From Gammaproteobacteria bacterium (GTDB taxonomy: Bacteria > Pseudomonadota > Gammaproteobacteria > Eutrophobiales > Eutrophobiaceae), in the NCBI GenBank assembly GCA_040905045.1, contig JBBDSH010000073.1, positions 2,535 through 66,534 of the forward strand: a DNA stretch of 64,000 nt. Reading direction: 5' to 3'. Positions 9,521 through 19,248 of this stretch are shown here, in pieces. Each line of letters begins with the position of its first letter. Position 1 is the first letter of the stretch. Below the pieces are notes generated by a model that did no database searches, was not told the DNA's origin, and saw nothing but the letters and a program-made list of their open reading frames with translations. A program made the position numbers and the translations under genes.

Positions 9521-10597
9521 ATGTCTGAAAAAATGCGTGCACTGGTTTTTGTGGAAAAAGACCGTGTTGAACTGAGAGAGAAGCCGATCCCCGACGTGGG
9601 ACCGAACGATGCGTTGATTCGCGTAACCACCACCACAATCTGCGGAACGGATGTGCATATTCTCAAGGGTGAGTACCCCGTCGAGAGTGGATTGACCATC
9701 GGGCATGAGCCCGTGGGTATTATCGAGAAGCTGGGCAGTGCCGTGCAGGGTTACGAAGAAGGTCAGCGGGTCATCGCCGGCGCCATTACCCCGTCCGGGT
9801 ATTCCAATGCCTGTTTCTGCGGGCAAAGCTCCCAGGACGGACAGATGGAAGCTCACGGTTTCAAGCCCGCCGGCGGCTGGCGGTTCGGCAATACCATTGA
9901 CGGGGCACAGGCCGAATTCCTGTGCGTGCCGGACGCCATGGCCAACCTGGCACCCGTGCCGGAGGGCCTGACGGATGATCAGGTGCTGATGTGTCCCGAT
10001 ATCATGTCCACGGGATTCGCCGGCGCGGAAAGCGGTAATATCCGCATCGGTGACTCCGTGGTGGTATTCGCGCAGGGACCCATCGGTCTGTGCGCGACGG
10101 CCGGCGCGAAACTGAAGGGCGCGACAACCATTATTGCCGTGGATCGGGTGACCGAACGGCTGGAAATGGCGAAACGCATGGGCGCCGATCACGTGATCGA
10201 TTTCAGCAAGACGGATCCGGTCGATGAAGTGATGAAGATCACCGAGGGACGCGGTGTGGATGTGGCCATTGAGGCACTGGGACTGCAACAGACATTCGAG
10301 GCCTGTTTGCGAACGCTGCGCCCCGGCGGCACGTTGTCGAGTCTGGGCGTGTATTCCAGCGATCTGACCATACCTCTGCAGGCCTTCACCGCGGGGCTGG
10401 GTGATAACGTCATCGTCACGTCGCTCTGCCCCGGTGGCAAGGAGCGCATGCGGCGCCTGATGACGGCCATTGATTCGGGACGCGTCAGCCTGGAACCGCT
10501 GGTGACACACCATTATAAACTGGACGATATTGTGGAAGCCTACGACCTGTTTGCCAATCAACGGGACGGTGTTCTGAAGGTGTCCATTACTCCATGA
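9521..10597 (+). CDS. Zn-dependent NAD(P) alcohol dehydrogenase (MDR superfamily)
   Basis: ICGTDVH, GHEPVG, CPDIMSTG and AQGPIGL; AGGAG RBS. Confidence 0.93.
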   Translation: MSEKMRALVFVEKDRVELREKPIPDVGPNDALIRVTTTTICGTDVHILKGEYPVESGLTIGHEPVGIIEKLGSAVQGYEEGQRVIAGAITPSGYSNACFCGQSSQDGQMEAHGFKPAGGWRFGNTIDGAQAEFLCVPDAMANLAPVPEGLTDDQVLMCPDIMSTGFAGAESGNIRIGDSVVVFAQGPIGLCATAGAKLKGATTIIAVDRVTERLEMAKRMGADHVIDFSKTDPVDEVMKITEGRGVDVAIEALGLQQTFEACLRTLRPGGTLSSLGVYSSDLTIPLQAFTAGLGDNVIVTSLCPGGKERMRRLMTAIDSGRVSLEPLVTHHYKLDDIVEAYDLFANQRDGVLKVSITP

Positions 10598-11940
10598 GTG
10601 TAAAACAATCCGCGGCGTCGGCGGCGGGCGAGGATTCGTTTTCCGTACTGGGCCGTATCTACGACCATGTCACCGGTGATGAAGACGCGCGTGTCTGCAA
10701 GGATATTCCAGACAGTGCCTGCCGCCATCAGCCGATCAATTTTTTCGCCTACCTGGTCTCCAATACCTTCACCAAGATTGCCGATGAATTGGCCAGTGCG
10801 CGTCTGATCCTGCCCTGGCTGCTGGGCGTACTGGGCGCGCCGGCGGCCTTTGTCGGTTTCCTGGTGCCGATTCGCGAGGCCGGAGTCCTGTTACCACAAT
10901 TGCTGGTGGCCGCCTGGATCCGGCGCCTGGCCTTGCGTCGCGGGGTATGGATACTGGGCACGGGGCTGTGTGCCCTGGCCATGCTGGCGCTGGCATTTTC
11001 GATTCCACGGATCTCAGGCCCGCAGGCCGGCTGGATCGTGCTGGGATTGATCACCCTGTTCAGTCTGGCCAAGGGAATTTGTTCCGTCTCGGCCAAGGAT
11101 GTCCTCGGCAAGACCGTGTCCAAGACCCGCCGCGGCGTCCTCATGGGCTACAGTGCCGGAATCGCCGGCGGCGCCACCCTGGGCATCGGCCTGTACGTGG
11201 AATACGTTGCGGTGTATCAGCAAAGCACCGACCTGTTCTTCTGGTTCTTCATCGCCGCCGGGATTATTTATTTGTGCGCCATCGTAGTCTTCATGCTGAT
11301 CCGGGAGGAGGTCGGAAGTACGGAGGGCGGCGGTAATGCCATTGCCGTGGCACTGAAGAGTCTCGCCGTGCTGCGCACGGATCCGGTTTTCCGTCACTTC
11401 GTTATTGCACGGACGCTTCTGCTCAGCGTCGCTCTGGTCATCCCGTTCTACGTGCTGCTGGCACAGGAGTACAGCGACAATGCCGCCGGTCTGGGGTTGA
11501 TGATCATCGCCGGCGGACTGGCGGCATCGGTCAGTTCCCCGGTCTGGGGCCGTATCGGCGATTATTCCAGCCGCCTGACCATGGTCATTGCCGCCGTCGC
11601 CGCCGGTATTACCGGTATGGCGGTCTGGTTGTTCGAGGTCCTGGGCGTGCCGTTCCTGTCTTCCGTCTGGACATGGACCGGCCTGTTTTTTCTCATCTCT
11701 GCCTGGCATAACGGCGTGCGCCTGGGCCGGAAGGTTTATATTGTCGACATGTCCGGCAGTGACACACGGGCCACCTATGTTGCCGTCAGCAATACGGTGA
11801 TCGGCGCCGCCATGCTCATCGGCGGGGGCATCGGGATCCTGGCGGATATTCTGGACACGTCCTCCGTCATCGGTCTGCTGGGCATTGTTGCCCTGTTCTC
11901 CGCGCTTTATATAAACCGCTTGCCTGAAGTCAGCGGCTGA
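10594..11940 (+). CDS. MFS transporter
   Basis: About 12 hydrophobic segments; KTRRG and WGRIGDYSSR loops; overlaps the ADH stop. Confidence 0.85.
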   Translation: MSVKQSAASAAGEDSFSVLGRIYDHVTGDEDARVCKDIPDSACRHQPINFFAYLVSNTFTKIADELASARLILPWLLGVLGAPAAFVGFLVPIREAGVLLPQLLVAAWIRRLALRRGVWILGTGLCALAMLALAFSIPRISGPQAGWIVLGLITLFSLAKGICSVSAKDVLGKTVSKTRRGVLMGYSAGIAGGATLGIGLYVEYVAVYQQSTDLFFWFFIAAGIIYLCAIVVFMLIREEVGSTEGGGNAIAVALKSLAVLRTDPVFRHFVIARTLLLSVALVIPFYVLLAQEYSDNAAGLGLMIIAGGLAASVSSPVWGRIGDYSSRLTMVIAAVAAGITGMAVWLFEVLGVPFLSSVWTWTGLFFLISAWHNGVRLGRKVYIVDMSGSDTRATYVAVSNTVIGAAMLIGGGIGILADILDTSSVIGLLGIVALFSALYINRLPEVSG

Positions 11941-11945
11941 TGACG

Positions 11946-11996
11946 GTGAGGAGTGAGGAGTGAGGAGTAAGGAGTTAGGAGTAAGGAGTAAGGGGT
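11946..11996. repeat. Heptamer tandem array (GAGGAGT/AAGGAGT, about 7 units)
   Basis: gtgaggagtgaggagtgaggagtaaggagttaggagtaaggagtaagggg directly after the MFS stop. Confidence 0.9.
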
Positions 11997-12006
11997 ATAG
12001 AAGTTA

Positions 12007-12048
12007 CGTCATGCCGGAAGCGCGTTGTGTGCGCTATCCGGCATCCAG
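12007..12048. repeat. REP-like hairpin (cgtcatgccgga...atccggcatcca)
   Basis: Matches the right-hand unit of the REP-like doublet at about 55409-55450. Confidence 0.65.
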
Positions 12049-12201
12049 CTAAAGATAAATAGAAATACTAATACCAGAAGAATGTGTTTGTACGGCGGAA
12101 TCGCCAGTTGACAGTTACCGATGGTCTTGTTGTGATGCTGGTTCATTTCTTTAACAGTTCCGCTTGATAACCGGAATACGGGACATGCTGTAACAGTCAA
12201 G

Positions 12202-13233
12202 ATGGTCCTCATGAGCAAGAAAAAAAAACGTATACCCCTGTCCGTACTGGATCAATCTCCCATTCGCAGCGGCGGCAGCGCCGCCGATGCCCTGGGAGAA
12301 ACCCTGCATCTGGCGCGCTTGTGCGATGCCCTGGGCTATCATCGATACTGGCTGGCGGAGCATCATGCCTCCAGTTCCCTGGCGGGCTGTTCGCCCGAAG
12401 TACTGCTGGCGCGACTGGGCGCGGATACGAAACGGATACGCATCGGTTCCGGCGGCGTCATGTTGCCCCATTACAGCCCTCTCAAGGTGGCGGAGAATTT
12501 CAAGATCCTGGAGACCCTGTATCCGGGCCGGATCGATCTGGGCGTCGGGCGGGCACCGGGCACCAGTCAGTACATCGCCGCCGCCCTGGCCTATGGATCG
12601 CCCACCGCCGGGGGCGAGTATTTCCCGCAAAAGCTGGTCGACCTGGAAGCCCTGTTGCGTGACGAACCGCCCCTGACCCAGGGCATGGAAAAAGTGCGCG
12701 CCCGGCCGAAGACGGAACATATTCCGGAACTCTGGCTGCTGGGATCCAGCGAGGACAGTGCCGTGCTGGCGGCGCAGATGGGCCTGCCGTACAGCTTTGC
12801 GTTGTTTATTAATCCCGAAATCCGCGAGGATATCTTTCGCATTTACCGTGATCGCTTTCAGCCGGGCAAGTCGCTGGACAAGCCGCATACCTGCCTGACG
12901 GTATTCGCCATCTGCGCCGATACCGAAGCGGAGGCAATGCGGCTCAGGAGCAGCCGTGATCTCTGGTTTCTGAAACTGGCCACCGGCCATCGCGAAGTGC
13001 CTTTCCCCGATGTCGAGGAGGCGGAGTCGTATCCTTATACGGAACAGGACCGGACATTTCTGAAAGCGCGCATGCGGCATTCCGTTATCGGCGATCCGGA
13101 TCAGGTCAGGGCCGGACTGGAGGATCTGGCCGAGCGGTTCGGCGCCGACGAACTCATGATCGTGAGCATCACCCATGATTTCGAGGCGCGCTGCCTGTCC
13201 CATAAAATGATTGCCGAAAGCTGGCAGACTTGA
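12202..13233 (+). CDS. LLM-class (luciferase-like) flavin-dependent oxidoreductase
   Basis: LSVLDQSP, RYWLAEHH, RIGSGGVMLPHYSPLKVAE and GRIDLGVGRAPG. Confidence 0.93.
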   Translation: MVLMSKKKKRIPLSVLDQSPIRSGGSAADALGETLHLARLCDALGYHRYWLAEHHASSSLAGCSPEVLLARLGADTKRIRIGSGGVMLPHYSPLKVAENFKILETLYPGRIDLGVGRAPGTSQYIAAALAYGSPTAGGEYFPQKLVDLEALLRDEPPLTQGMEKVRARPKTEHIPELWLLGSSEDSAVLAAQMGLPYSFALFINPEIREDIFRIYRDRFQPGKSLDKPHTCLTVFAICADTEAEAMRLRSSRDLWFLKLATGHREVPFPDVEEAESYPYTEQDRTFLKARMRHSVIGDPDQVRAGLEDLAERFGADELMIVSITHDFEARCLSHKMIAESWQT

Positions 13234-13260
13234 AGGTCTGCCGCCAATGAAAAGTAAAAA

Positions 13261-13532
13261 GTTAAGGCTCTTTGGGAGAATTTGTGGATATCTGGAAAGG
13301 TAATGGTGGATCTCGCCAAGAGCGCAAAGCACGCGAAGGAATGATGGATTTTTACCTCTTTGCGACCTTGGCGCGCTCTGCGAGATCCTTTTGAAAAACC
13401 AGCCCTGAAAACTGGACATGATTTCTCACTCTGCAGCCTCAAAAATATGACTGCTTGTCATGGAGTTGGCGGTCCCCGGAACAAGTCCGGGGCAGGCATG
13501 GCGAGCAGGATATCACCCGCAGATTCTACTGA
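13261..13532 (+). repeat. Interspersed repeat family B, copy 1 (contains the 23-bp hairpin insert at 13474-13496)
   Basis: Aligns with 23762-24019 and with the reverse complement of 32114-32237; core ggatctcgccaag...gcgagatcc foldback. Confidence 0.85.
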
Positions 13533-13605
13533 CGGGCCGAAGTTAAAAGTAGGGTGGCCGATCTCGGACCGAATCAGATTATGGGACTATGCAAGTGGAG
13601 AGCCT

Positions 13606-13794
13606 GTGAATAGCAACCATTCTACACTGCCGGAAGGTGAGAATCTGCGGCGGGCGGTGCGCTGGCTCTCGGAACACGCCCCGGTAACATCGGCGACAAT
13701 TAACGATGCCGGCCTGCGATTTGATTTAACCCCCTCGGAAGAGGAATTCCTGCTGCGGGAATTCCGGCGGGAAGTATTGAATCAGGATGATTGA
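13606..13794 (+). CDS. Small hypothetical protein (62 aa)
   Basis: GGAG RBS plus GTG start; LPEGENLRRAVRWLSE...AGLRFDLTPSEEEFL looks like a conserved small helical protein. Confidence 0.65.
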   Translation: MNSNHSTLPEGENLRRAVRWLSEHAPVTSATINDAGLRFDLTPSEEEFLLREFRREVLNQDD

Positions 13795-13877
13795 AACTGT
13801 TCAATAAACTCTGAAATACTACACTTTGTATATGAAGTATCGGATACATTATTGATAGCGGGCCGGGAGGTGACGAT

Positions 13878-14099
13878 ATGACGAATCAGCAGGACGTGCA
13901 GACATTAATCGAAAAACGGGATGAGTTGCTGGATCGACTGGAACGTATCCGCGCCGATCTGGAAAGCGGCCTGGAAACGGACATGGAGGATCAGGCGATC
14001 CAGCTGGAGAATCGTGACACGCTCATGGAAATCGCCCGCGTTACCGAGGAGGAACTGGAGCGGGTGCTTAAGGATCTGGAAGCGGCCGGCGGCGGGTGA
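13878..14099 (+). CDS. TraR/DksA-like coiled-coil protein lacking the C4 zinc finger
   Basis: GGAGGT RBS; helix-DMEDQA-helix (DxxDxA tip motif); no Cys; ends where the Zn finger would begin. Confidence 0.6.
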   Translation: MTNQQDVQTLIEKRDELLDRLERIRADLESGLETDMEDQAIQLENRDTLMEIARVTEEELERVLKDLEAAGGG

Positions 14100-14109
14100 G
14101 TCAGGGATC

Positions 14110-14207
14110 AGGTACAAGGTGCAAGGTACAAGGCGCAAGGGGCAAGGAGCAAGGAGCAAGGAGTAGAATACCGAAATTCACCTCACTCCTTTCTCCTCAC
14201 GCCTCAC
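14110..14207. repeat. Heptamer arrays (GCAAGGN about 7 units; inverted CTCCTCA-type units)
   Basis: acaaggt gcaaggt acaaggc gcaaggg gcaagga gcaagga gcaagga, then cctcactcctttctcctcacgcctcac; lies between convergent genes. Confidence 0.85.
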
Positions 14208-14644
14208 TCAACGCCGGCTTGTTGCAGCCATTGCTGCAGTTGCGGCAGGGGCAGGGCACCGCTGGTGCGCTGTACTTCGCGGCCGCAGCGAAACAATATC
14301 AATGTCGGTATGCTGCGTATCTGCCAGCGTCCGCCTATATCCGGTTCGTCATCGGTGTTCAATTTGGCGAAACGCAACCGCGGTTCCCATGCGGCGGCGG
14401 CCTTTTCGAACTGCGGGGCGAAGCTGCGGCAGGGACCGCACCACGGCGCCCAACAATCCACCAGAACCGGCAGGTCGTTCTTTTGCAGTACCTGTTCCAC
14501 GTTGCTGCGGGTCAGTTCCAGCGGCTTGCCGGTAAAGACCGCTTCCTTGCATTTGCCGCAACGCGGTGAACGGTCCAGTTTTTCCCGGGGAATACGATTG
14601 ACCGTGCCGCAATGGCCACAGGTGGCGTGAATTGGTTCGGACAT
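14204..14644 (-). CDS. trxC: Thioredoxin 2 with N-terminal zinc finger
   Basis: CGHC...NR...CGKC followed by WAPWCGPC and IRSIPT. Confidence 0.93.
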   Translation of the reverse strand: MSEPIHATCGHCGTVNRIPREKLDRSPRCGKCKEAVFTGKPLELTRSNVEQVLQKNDLPVLVDCWAPWCGPCRSFAPQFEKAAAAWEPRLRFAKLNTDDEPDIGGRWQIRSIPTLILFRCGREVQRTSGALPLPQLQQWLQQAGVE

Positions 14645-14702
14645 GACCTGTATATGGGGCGGAAATTACCGATTACAAGCCGGTCAGCATCCCGCCGGTT
14701 GA

Positions 14703-15845
14703 TCAGTAACCTTTCTCGGTATCGACCACGTTCAGCAGCTTCTCACCGTTGATGTAGCGGCGCAGGTTCTCCCGGATGATGAGCCAGCCACGTTCGAAAC
14801 CGCGATCAGTAATACTGGCCACATGCGGTGTGATAATCACATTGGACAGGCTCCACAGTTCGTGGTCCGGCGGTAAGGGTTCCGGGTCCGTGACGTCAAG
14901 GCCGGCGCCGGCCAGCCGGCCGTCCTTGAGCGCCGCCATCAGAGCTTCCGTAACGGTGCTGCCGCCGCGGCCGATGGAGATGAAAAAGGCGCGGGGCCTG
15001 ACGTTATTGAAGAATTCCTCGTCGAAGAGATCGGTGGTCTCATCGGTCAGGGGCAGGGCGTTGACCACCACATCCGCCTGTTTCGCCAGTTTCAGGAGTT
15101 CATGGGACAGGCCGACGTATTCGACGAAGTCCGGTCCTTCGCGGCTGGAATGACGCGTCGCAAGCACCCGCATGCCCAGGGCGTTGGCCCGTTTGGCGAC
15201 TTCCGTGCCGATGCCGCCGAGACCCGCTACCAGCATGGTTTTGCCGCTCACCTCGATCATGGGGAAATCAATGCTGTTGCGACTTTGCCATTTACCTTCG
15301 GCCTGGTTGCCGTGAAACCGGGGCAGCGCACGCGCCAGGGCCATCATCATGGCAATAACGTGTTCGGCAATGGGTGGCGAGGCCGAGTGCTGATTATTGG
15401 TAAAAATAAAATCTTTCTCTTCAATCCCGGGATACATGCAATGGTTAATACCGCTGCCGTAATGCTGCAGCCAGCGGAGTTTGTTCGAATTCTTCAACAA
15501 TTCGACGGAACAAAAACCCAGTAACACTTCCGCGCTCTCGATGATTTCCCTGTCCATTGGCTGGCCGAATTGCTGGGTGAACGGCACCAGTTCCACATCG
15601 CCGGCCACCTGCCGGGCCTCGGTCAGGAGTTTCTCCTGTTGCTCCGGATCCGGCGTCGGCAGGGCGATGTAGACCTTGTCCGGCTTCCTCCAAAGCGGGG
15701 AATTGCGGACCGGTTCATCCGCTTCCTCGAGTCTCAGTTTCTCGATCAGGGCCTGTGTTTTTTCATCGGGGCCTTGCGCGTGTAACGACGACAGTCCTGT
15801 CAGGCCGAATAACAGCGGAATGAAGAGGAATTTTCGGTAATTCAT
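14703..15845 (-). CDS. D-2-hydroxyacid dehydrogenase family protein with predicted signal peptide
   Basis: IAEH, GLGGIG, ALPLT, IGRG, AGLDVTDPEPLP and ITPHVA; N-terminus MNYRKFLFIPLLFGLTGLSSLHA-Q. Confidence 0.9.
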   Translation of the reverse strand: MNYRKFLFIPLLFGLTGLSSLHAQGPDEKTQALIEKLRLEEADEPVRNSPLWRKPDKVYIALPTPDPEQQEKLLTEARQVAGDVELVPFTQQFGQPMDREIIESAEVLLGFCSVELLKNSNKLRWLQHYGSGINHCMYPGIEEKDFIFTNNQHSASPPIAEHVIAMMMALARALPRFHGNQAEGKWQSRNSIDFPMIEVSGKTMLVAGLGGIGTEVAKRANALGMRVLATRHSSREGPDFVEYVGLSHELLKLAKQADVVVNALPLTDETTDLFDEEFFNNVRPRAFFISIGRGGSTVTEALMAALKDGRLAGAGLDVTDPEPLPPDHELWSLSNVIITPHVASITDRGFERGWLIIRENLRRYINGEKLLNVVDTEKGY

Positions 15846-15889
15846 CGCGTCTTTCCGGATCAGGTTTCAGTTAGTGCAAAAATAAAGGC

Positions 15890-16366
15890 TCATCGCTCAC
15901 GGAACAAACTGTGACAGGCGCTGCAGGTCTCGTCCAGTCGGCGATAGGCGTCTCGCAGCTCCATGAAATTGCTGTTTCTTGCCTGTATTTCAATGTTGGC
16001 CGCTTCGACATAGAGCCTGTCCGCCATGGTATGAAAAACCGCCTGTTCGTTTCTGTCCATTTCATCACCGGCTCCTGATTTGCCCAGGGCTTCGGCTGAA
16101 ACAACCACTTCGCCCGCCAGATCAATCAGGCTTTGTAAATACTCGGTCCGCCATTCGTCGGATTCGCGCACGGGGGCCTCGCGGTTGCGCATCAGTATGT
16201 TCAGGCGCTGCATGGTATCGAGCAGTTCCTCGCTGTGAACGGCGTGCATGGCTGCATCACCCTTCGGATATTCAGCGGCGTCGGGTACCCCGTCCTCCGG
16301 TATACGCTGACAGGCGCCGGTCAGAAACAGGATCAATAACGCAGTCAGTGTTCGAGAGTATGACAT
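15890..16366 (-). CDS. Lipoprotein monoheme four-helix cytochrome c, paralog 2
   Basis: Lipobox-like LTGA-C; C-terminal CSACH. Confidence 0.85.
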   Translation of the reverse strand: MSYSRTLTALLILFLTGACQRIPEDGVPDAAEYPKGDAAMHAVHSEELLDTMQRLNILMRNREAPVRESDEWRTEYLQSLIDLAGEVVVSAEALGKSGAGDEMDRNEQAVFHTMADRLYVEAANIEIQARNSNFMELRDAYRRLDETCSACHSLFRER

Positions 16367-16460
16367 TGGCAGTAGTGCTGGAATGATCGGGATGTGTATC
16401 CGGAATATTATGACATGCTGTCTTGTTTCATAACATCACGGGATGGTCATTACTCAGGAT

Positions 16461-17894
16461 TCAGAATTTATAGGATGAGGTGAACTGGAACCGGTTCAGT
16501 TCACCGTCCCGGCCGTCTTCCAGCTTGCGATGGCCGTAGAGCCATTCGATGCCGATGGAAGTATTCAGGGTCGGGCTCCAGAGCAGGTTGATGTGAGCGG
16601 AATAGAATGACTTGTTTATTTCTGCCGGGGCAATCAGTAAATCATGATCGGCGCGGGCATAGCCGACGGTAAGGGAGGAGCGCAGTGTTTCATCCCACCA
16701 GTGCTGGTAGGAAAGGAAGCCGCCCAGTACATCGGTAAGGGTGATATTGCCGCGGCCATCCAGAACGCCGTCGTCAAAACTGTTGAAGGAAAGGTAGCGA
16801 CCCAGGGCATTGCCGTATGCCAGGGAGAAACGCAGATTGTCCCGGTCACCGATGTAAATACGTCCCGATGCGCTTACGGCACCGCCCCATTGGCTGTCCG
16901 CGGCGACGAAAGCCTCCGCACTATCGTGGCGGATCTGCCGAATGAGGCCGGCCAGGGACCAGTTGCCCCAATCACCGCTGAAATCCAGCCGGGTGACGAT
17001 GTCCGGAACACGATCATCGTCCACGGCCAGGCTTCCGCCTGCGGTGGTCAGTGTGGTTTCCGGCTGTTCCAGGCCCAGTGTCAGATCTCCCCAATGAAAA
17101 GGGTGTTGATAACGCAACAGGGGCTGGCGGATATTGAGTATACCCGCAGGACCGTTGCTGTCATTGGTTTCGGGATAGGCGGAGAGATTCAGAAAGCCGG
17201 TATAGGTTTGCCCGAGGGTGAGGCCTTTATAAACCGCATAGGCGTGGCGCAGGCGGGGATTATAGGAATTGCTGACCCTTTCATTACCTCCGCCGCCGAC
17301 AAAGTCGATTTCTATATATCCGGCCAGATCGCCGATGGCGGTGGGGGAATGAGCCTTGACCCAGAGGCGCGAATCACGGGCGCTGTAGGCGGTTTGATGG
17401 TCTTCACCGCTGCCTTCCACCGGTATGGCCGCGGGATTGAACGCCTGATCGGCCCGGTTGCTTCCGCCGCCGCCGCTGCGGCTGTTGTAAATGGCGTCAA
17501 AGTAGATCCGGCCACCGGCGGAAATATCCGGGCCGGGCGGTGGCTCCGTATTGACGACCTCGATACGCTCGTTATTCGTTGCCGGCTTCTCTGTTGCCGC
17601 CATCCGGTCGTCTGTTCCGGTTTCACCGGGCACGGTCCCGGCCTCTGCCGCTGCTTCCTTTTTTTCCAGTAAAAACTGCAGACGGGCCTCCAGTTCTTCC
17701 AGGCGCCGGCGCAGGTCGCCGACTTCACGCTGTATCGCCGATATTTCCCCGTCCTCCTCTGCCGGCAACGGGCTTGCGGTCACAATCAGCGCAAAAAGAA
17801 CCGTATACGCGGGGATACCCCTTCGCTGAATCCGTGGCGGCCGGTTGCCGGATCGGGCCGGCAGTGATAAGGGAATGGCCGGAAATAGGATCAT
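16461..17894 (-). CDS. DcaP-like outer membrane porin with N-terminal coiled coil
   Basis: Coiled coil after the leader; ARDSRLWVK, YIEIDF, PRLRHAY, LGQTYT, NLLWSP; C-terminal YKF. Confidence 0.85.
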   Translation of the reverse strand: MILFPAIPLSLPARSGNRPPRIQRRGIPAYTVLFALIVTASPLPAEEDGEISAIQREVGDLRRRLEELEARLQFLLEKKEAAAEAGTVPGETGTDDRMAATEKPATNNERIEVVNTEPPPGPDISAGGRIYFDAIYNSRSGGGGSNRADQAFNPAAIPVEGSGEDHQTAYSARDSRLWVKAHSPTAIGDLAGYIEIDFVGGGGNERVSNSYNPRLRHAYAVYKGLTLGQTYTGFLNLSAYPETNDSNGPAGILNIRQPLLRYQHPFHWGDLTLGLEQPETTLTTAGGSLAVDDDRVPDIVTRLDFSGDWGNWSLAGLIRQIRHDSAEAFVAADSQWGGAVSASGRIYIGDRDNLRFSLAYGNALGRYLSFNSFDDGVLDGRGNITLTDVLGGFLSYQHWWDETLRSSLTVGYARADHDLLIAPAEINKSFYSAHINLLWSPTLNTSIGIEWLYGHRKLEDGRDGELNRFQFTSSYKF

Positions 17895-18346
17895 TGCCGC
17901 CGAAACAGTTTATGGCAGGCATTACAGGTATGCTGCAAGCGCCGATAGCCCGCCTTGAGTGCGCTGTGATCGGCGTCATCGAGATGTTTCTCCAGGTTTA
18001 CCGTCTCCTGATACAATTGCCGGGACAGGGCCCTGAAGGTGATGCTTTCCTCGGATTCCGGTTCCATCCCTTCGGTGATATCCGGCAGTCGCTCCGCGCT
18101 CCGGTCCAGTTCCAGGGCCGCGTCCACTAGCGCCCGGATCTGTTCGGCCCGCATGCGATCCAGTTCCAGTTCGGGGTATTCGCGTTCATAGGACAGGCGG
18201 TTGAGGCGGGCCATGATGGTACGCAATTCGCTGCTGTGTACGGCATTCAGGACGGCATGACTGTCGGACGCAGGTGCCCGGGTTACGGATTCATCGGCAC
18301 GAGCGAGGGAGAAGACGATCAGCAACAGGCATGGCAATATTTTCAT
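17891..18346 (-). CDS. Exported monoheme four-helix cytochrome c, paralog 3
   Basis: Signal peptide ending ARA; C-terminal CNACH; ATGA-type overlap with the porin gene. Confidence 0.85.
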   Translation of the reverse strand: MKILPCLLLIVFSLARADESVTRAPASDSHAVLNAVHSSELRTIMARLNRLSYEREYPELELDRMRAEQIRALVDAALELDRSAERLPDITEGMEPESEESITFRALSRQLYQETVNLEKHLDDADHSALKAGYRRLQHTCNACHKLFRRQ

Positions 18347-18438
18347 GCAGACTGATATTCATTTATCTTGAATATGAAGTCAATAATCGGCGCCGTAATT
18401 GCCGTTTGTATTCTTGTCCATCAGAGAAAATTCCGGAT

Positions 18439-19002
18439 ATGTCCACAAATGTAAACAGGAAAACCGTGCCCGGTGAGGTGATCACCCCTATCGGTATCGA
18501 ACAGCGCAGGCAGGTCGATGCCCGTACGCAGGAATATCTGGAATATGCCGGACGGGAACTGGGCAGGGACTTCGCGACTATTACGGTCTCCTTTGACCTT
18601 TCGGGGCGCTCTGCGGGCATGTATTGCGTCCACGGGGACAATCGCGTCATCCGCTACAATCCCTGGTTGTTTGCACGTTATTTTGAAGACAGTCTCCGCA
18701 CCACCGTTCCGCACGAGGCGGCCCATTATATTGCCGATATCCTATACGGTATTCATTCAATTCGCCCGCACGGTCCTGAATGGCGAAGTATCATGCAGCT
18801 TTTCAGTGCCGAACCACGCGCCTGCGGAAACTATGATCTGGAGGGTATACCGGTCAGGAGACAACGGCGTTTTGACTATGCCTGTTCCTGCCGCAGCCAT
18901 GAATTAACCACGGTACGGCATCGTCGTGTTCAGCATCAGCGCATGAAATACATCTGTCGTTATTGCAAGGGTGCATTGGTTTATATCGGAGAGCTGACCT
19001 GA
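18439..19002 (+). CDS. SprT-like zinc metalloprotease
   Basis: AG...IRYNP, VPHEAAH (HExxH), PHGPEW, YACSC and YICRYC. Confidence 0.9.
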   Translation: MSTNVNRKTVPGEVITPIGIEQRRQVDARTQEYLEYAGRELGRDFATITVSFDLSGRSAGMYCVHGDNRVIRYNPWLFARYFEDSLRTTVPHEAAHYIADILYGIHSIRPHGPEWRSIMQLFSAEPRACGNYDLEGIPVRRQRRFDYACSCRSHELTTVRHRRVQHQRMKYICRYCKGALVYIGELT

Positions 19003-19248
19003 GACAGGGCCGGTCATTGCTTGAATGAAACAGCAATATCTGTACAATACTCAAACAGTTAGATGTGCCCGGAGTTGTTGATTCCCCCGGTCGGTTTGTC
19101 CCGTTGATCCCCCGGTTTCATTACCGTTGTCTTATCCTCAAATGCCGGAGTACGGTGCCTGTCATAGCGGTGGTCGATGATGTAAACATCGCTTCAGCAG
19201 TGAAACAGTATCCCGATGATTTATTTTTCAATTTCAAGGAGCCCTTAG

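Noticed and set aside
13101-13605. ORFs crossing the family B repeat (13101-13442, 5' parts of 12151-13419 and 13360-13794) and similar ORFs at 23729-24113
   Set aside because: Their mutual similarity comes from the non-coding repeat; no protein motifs.
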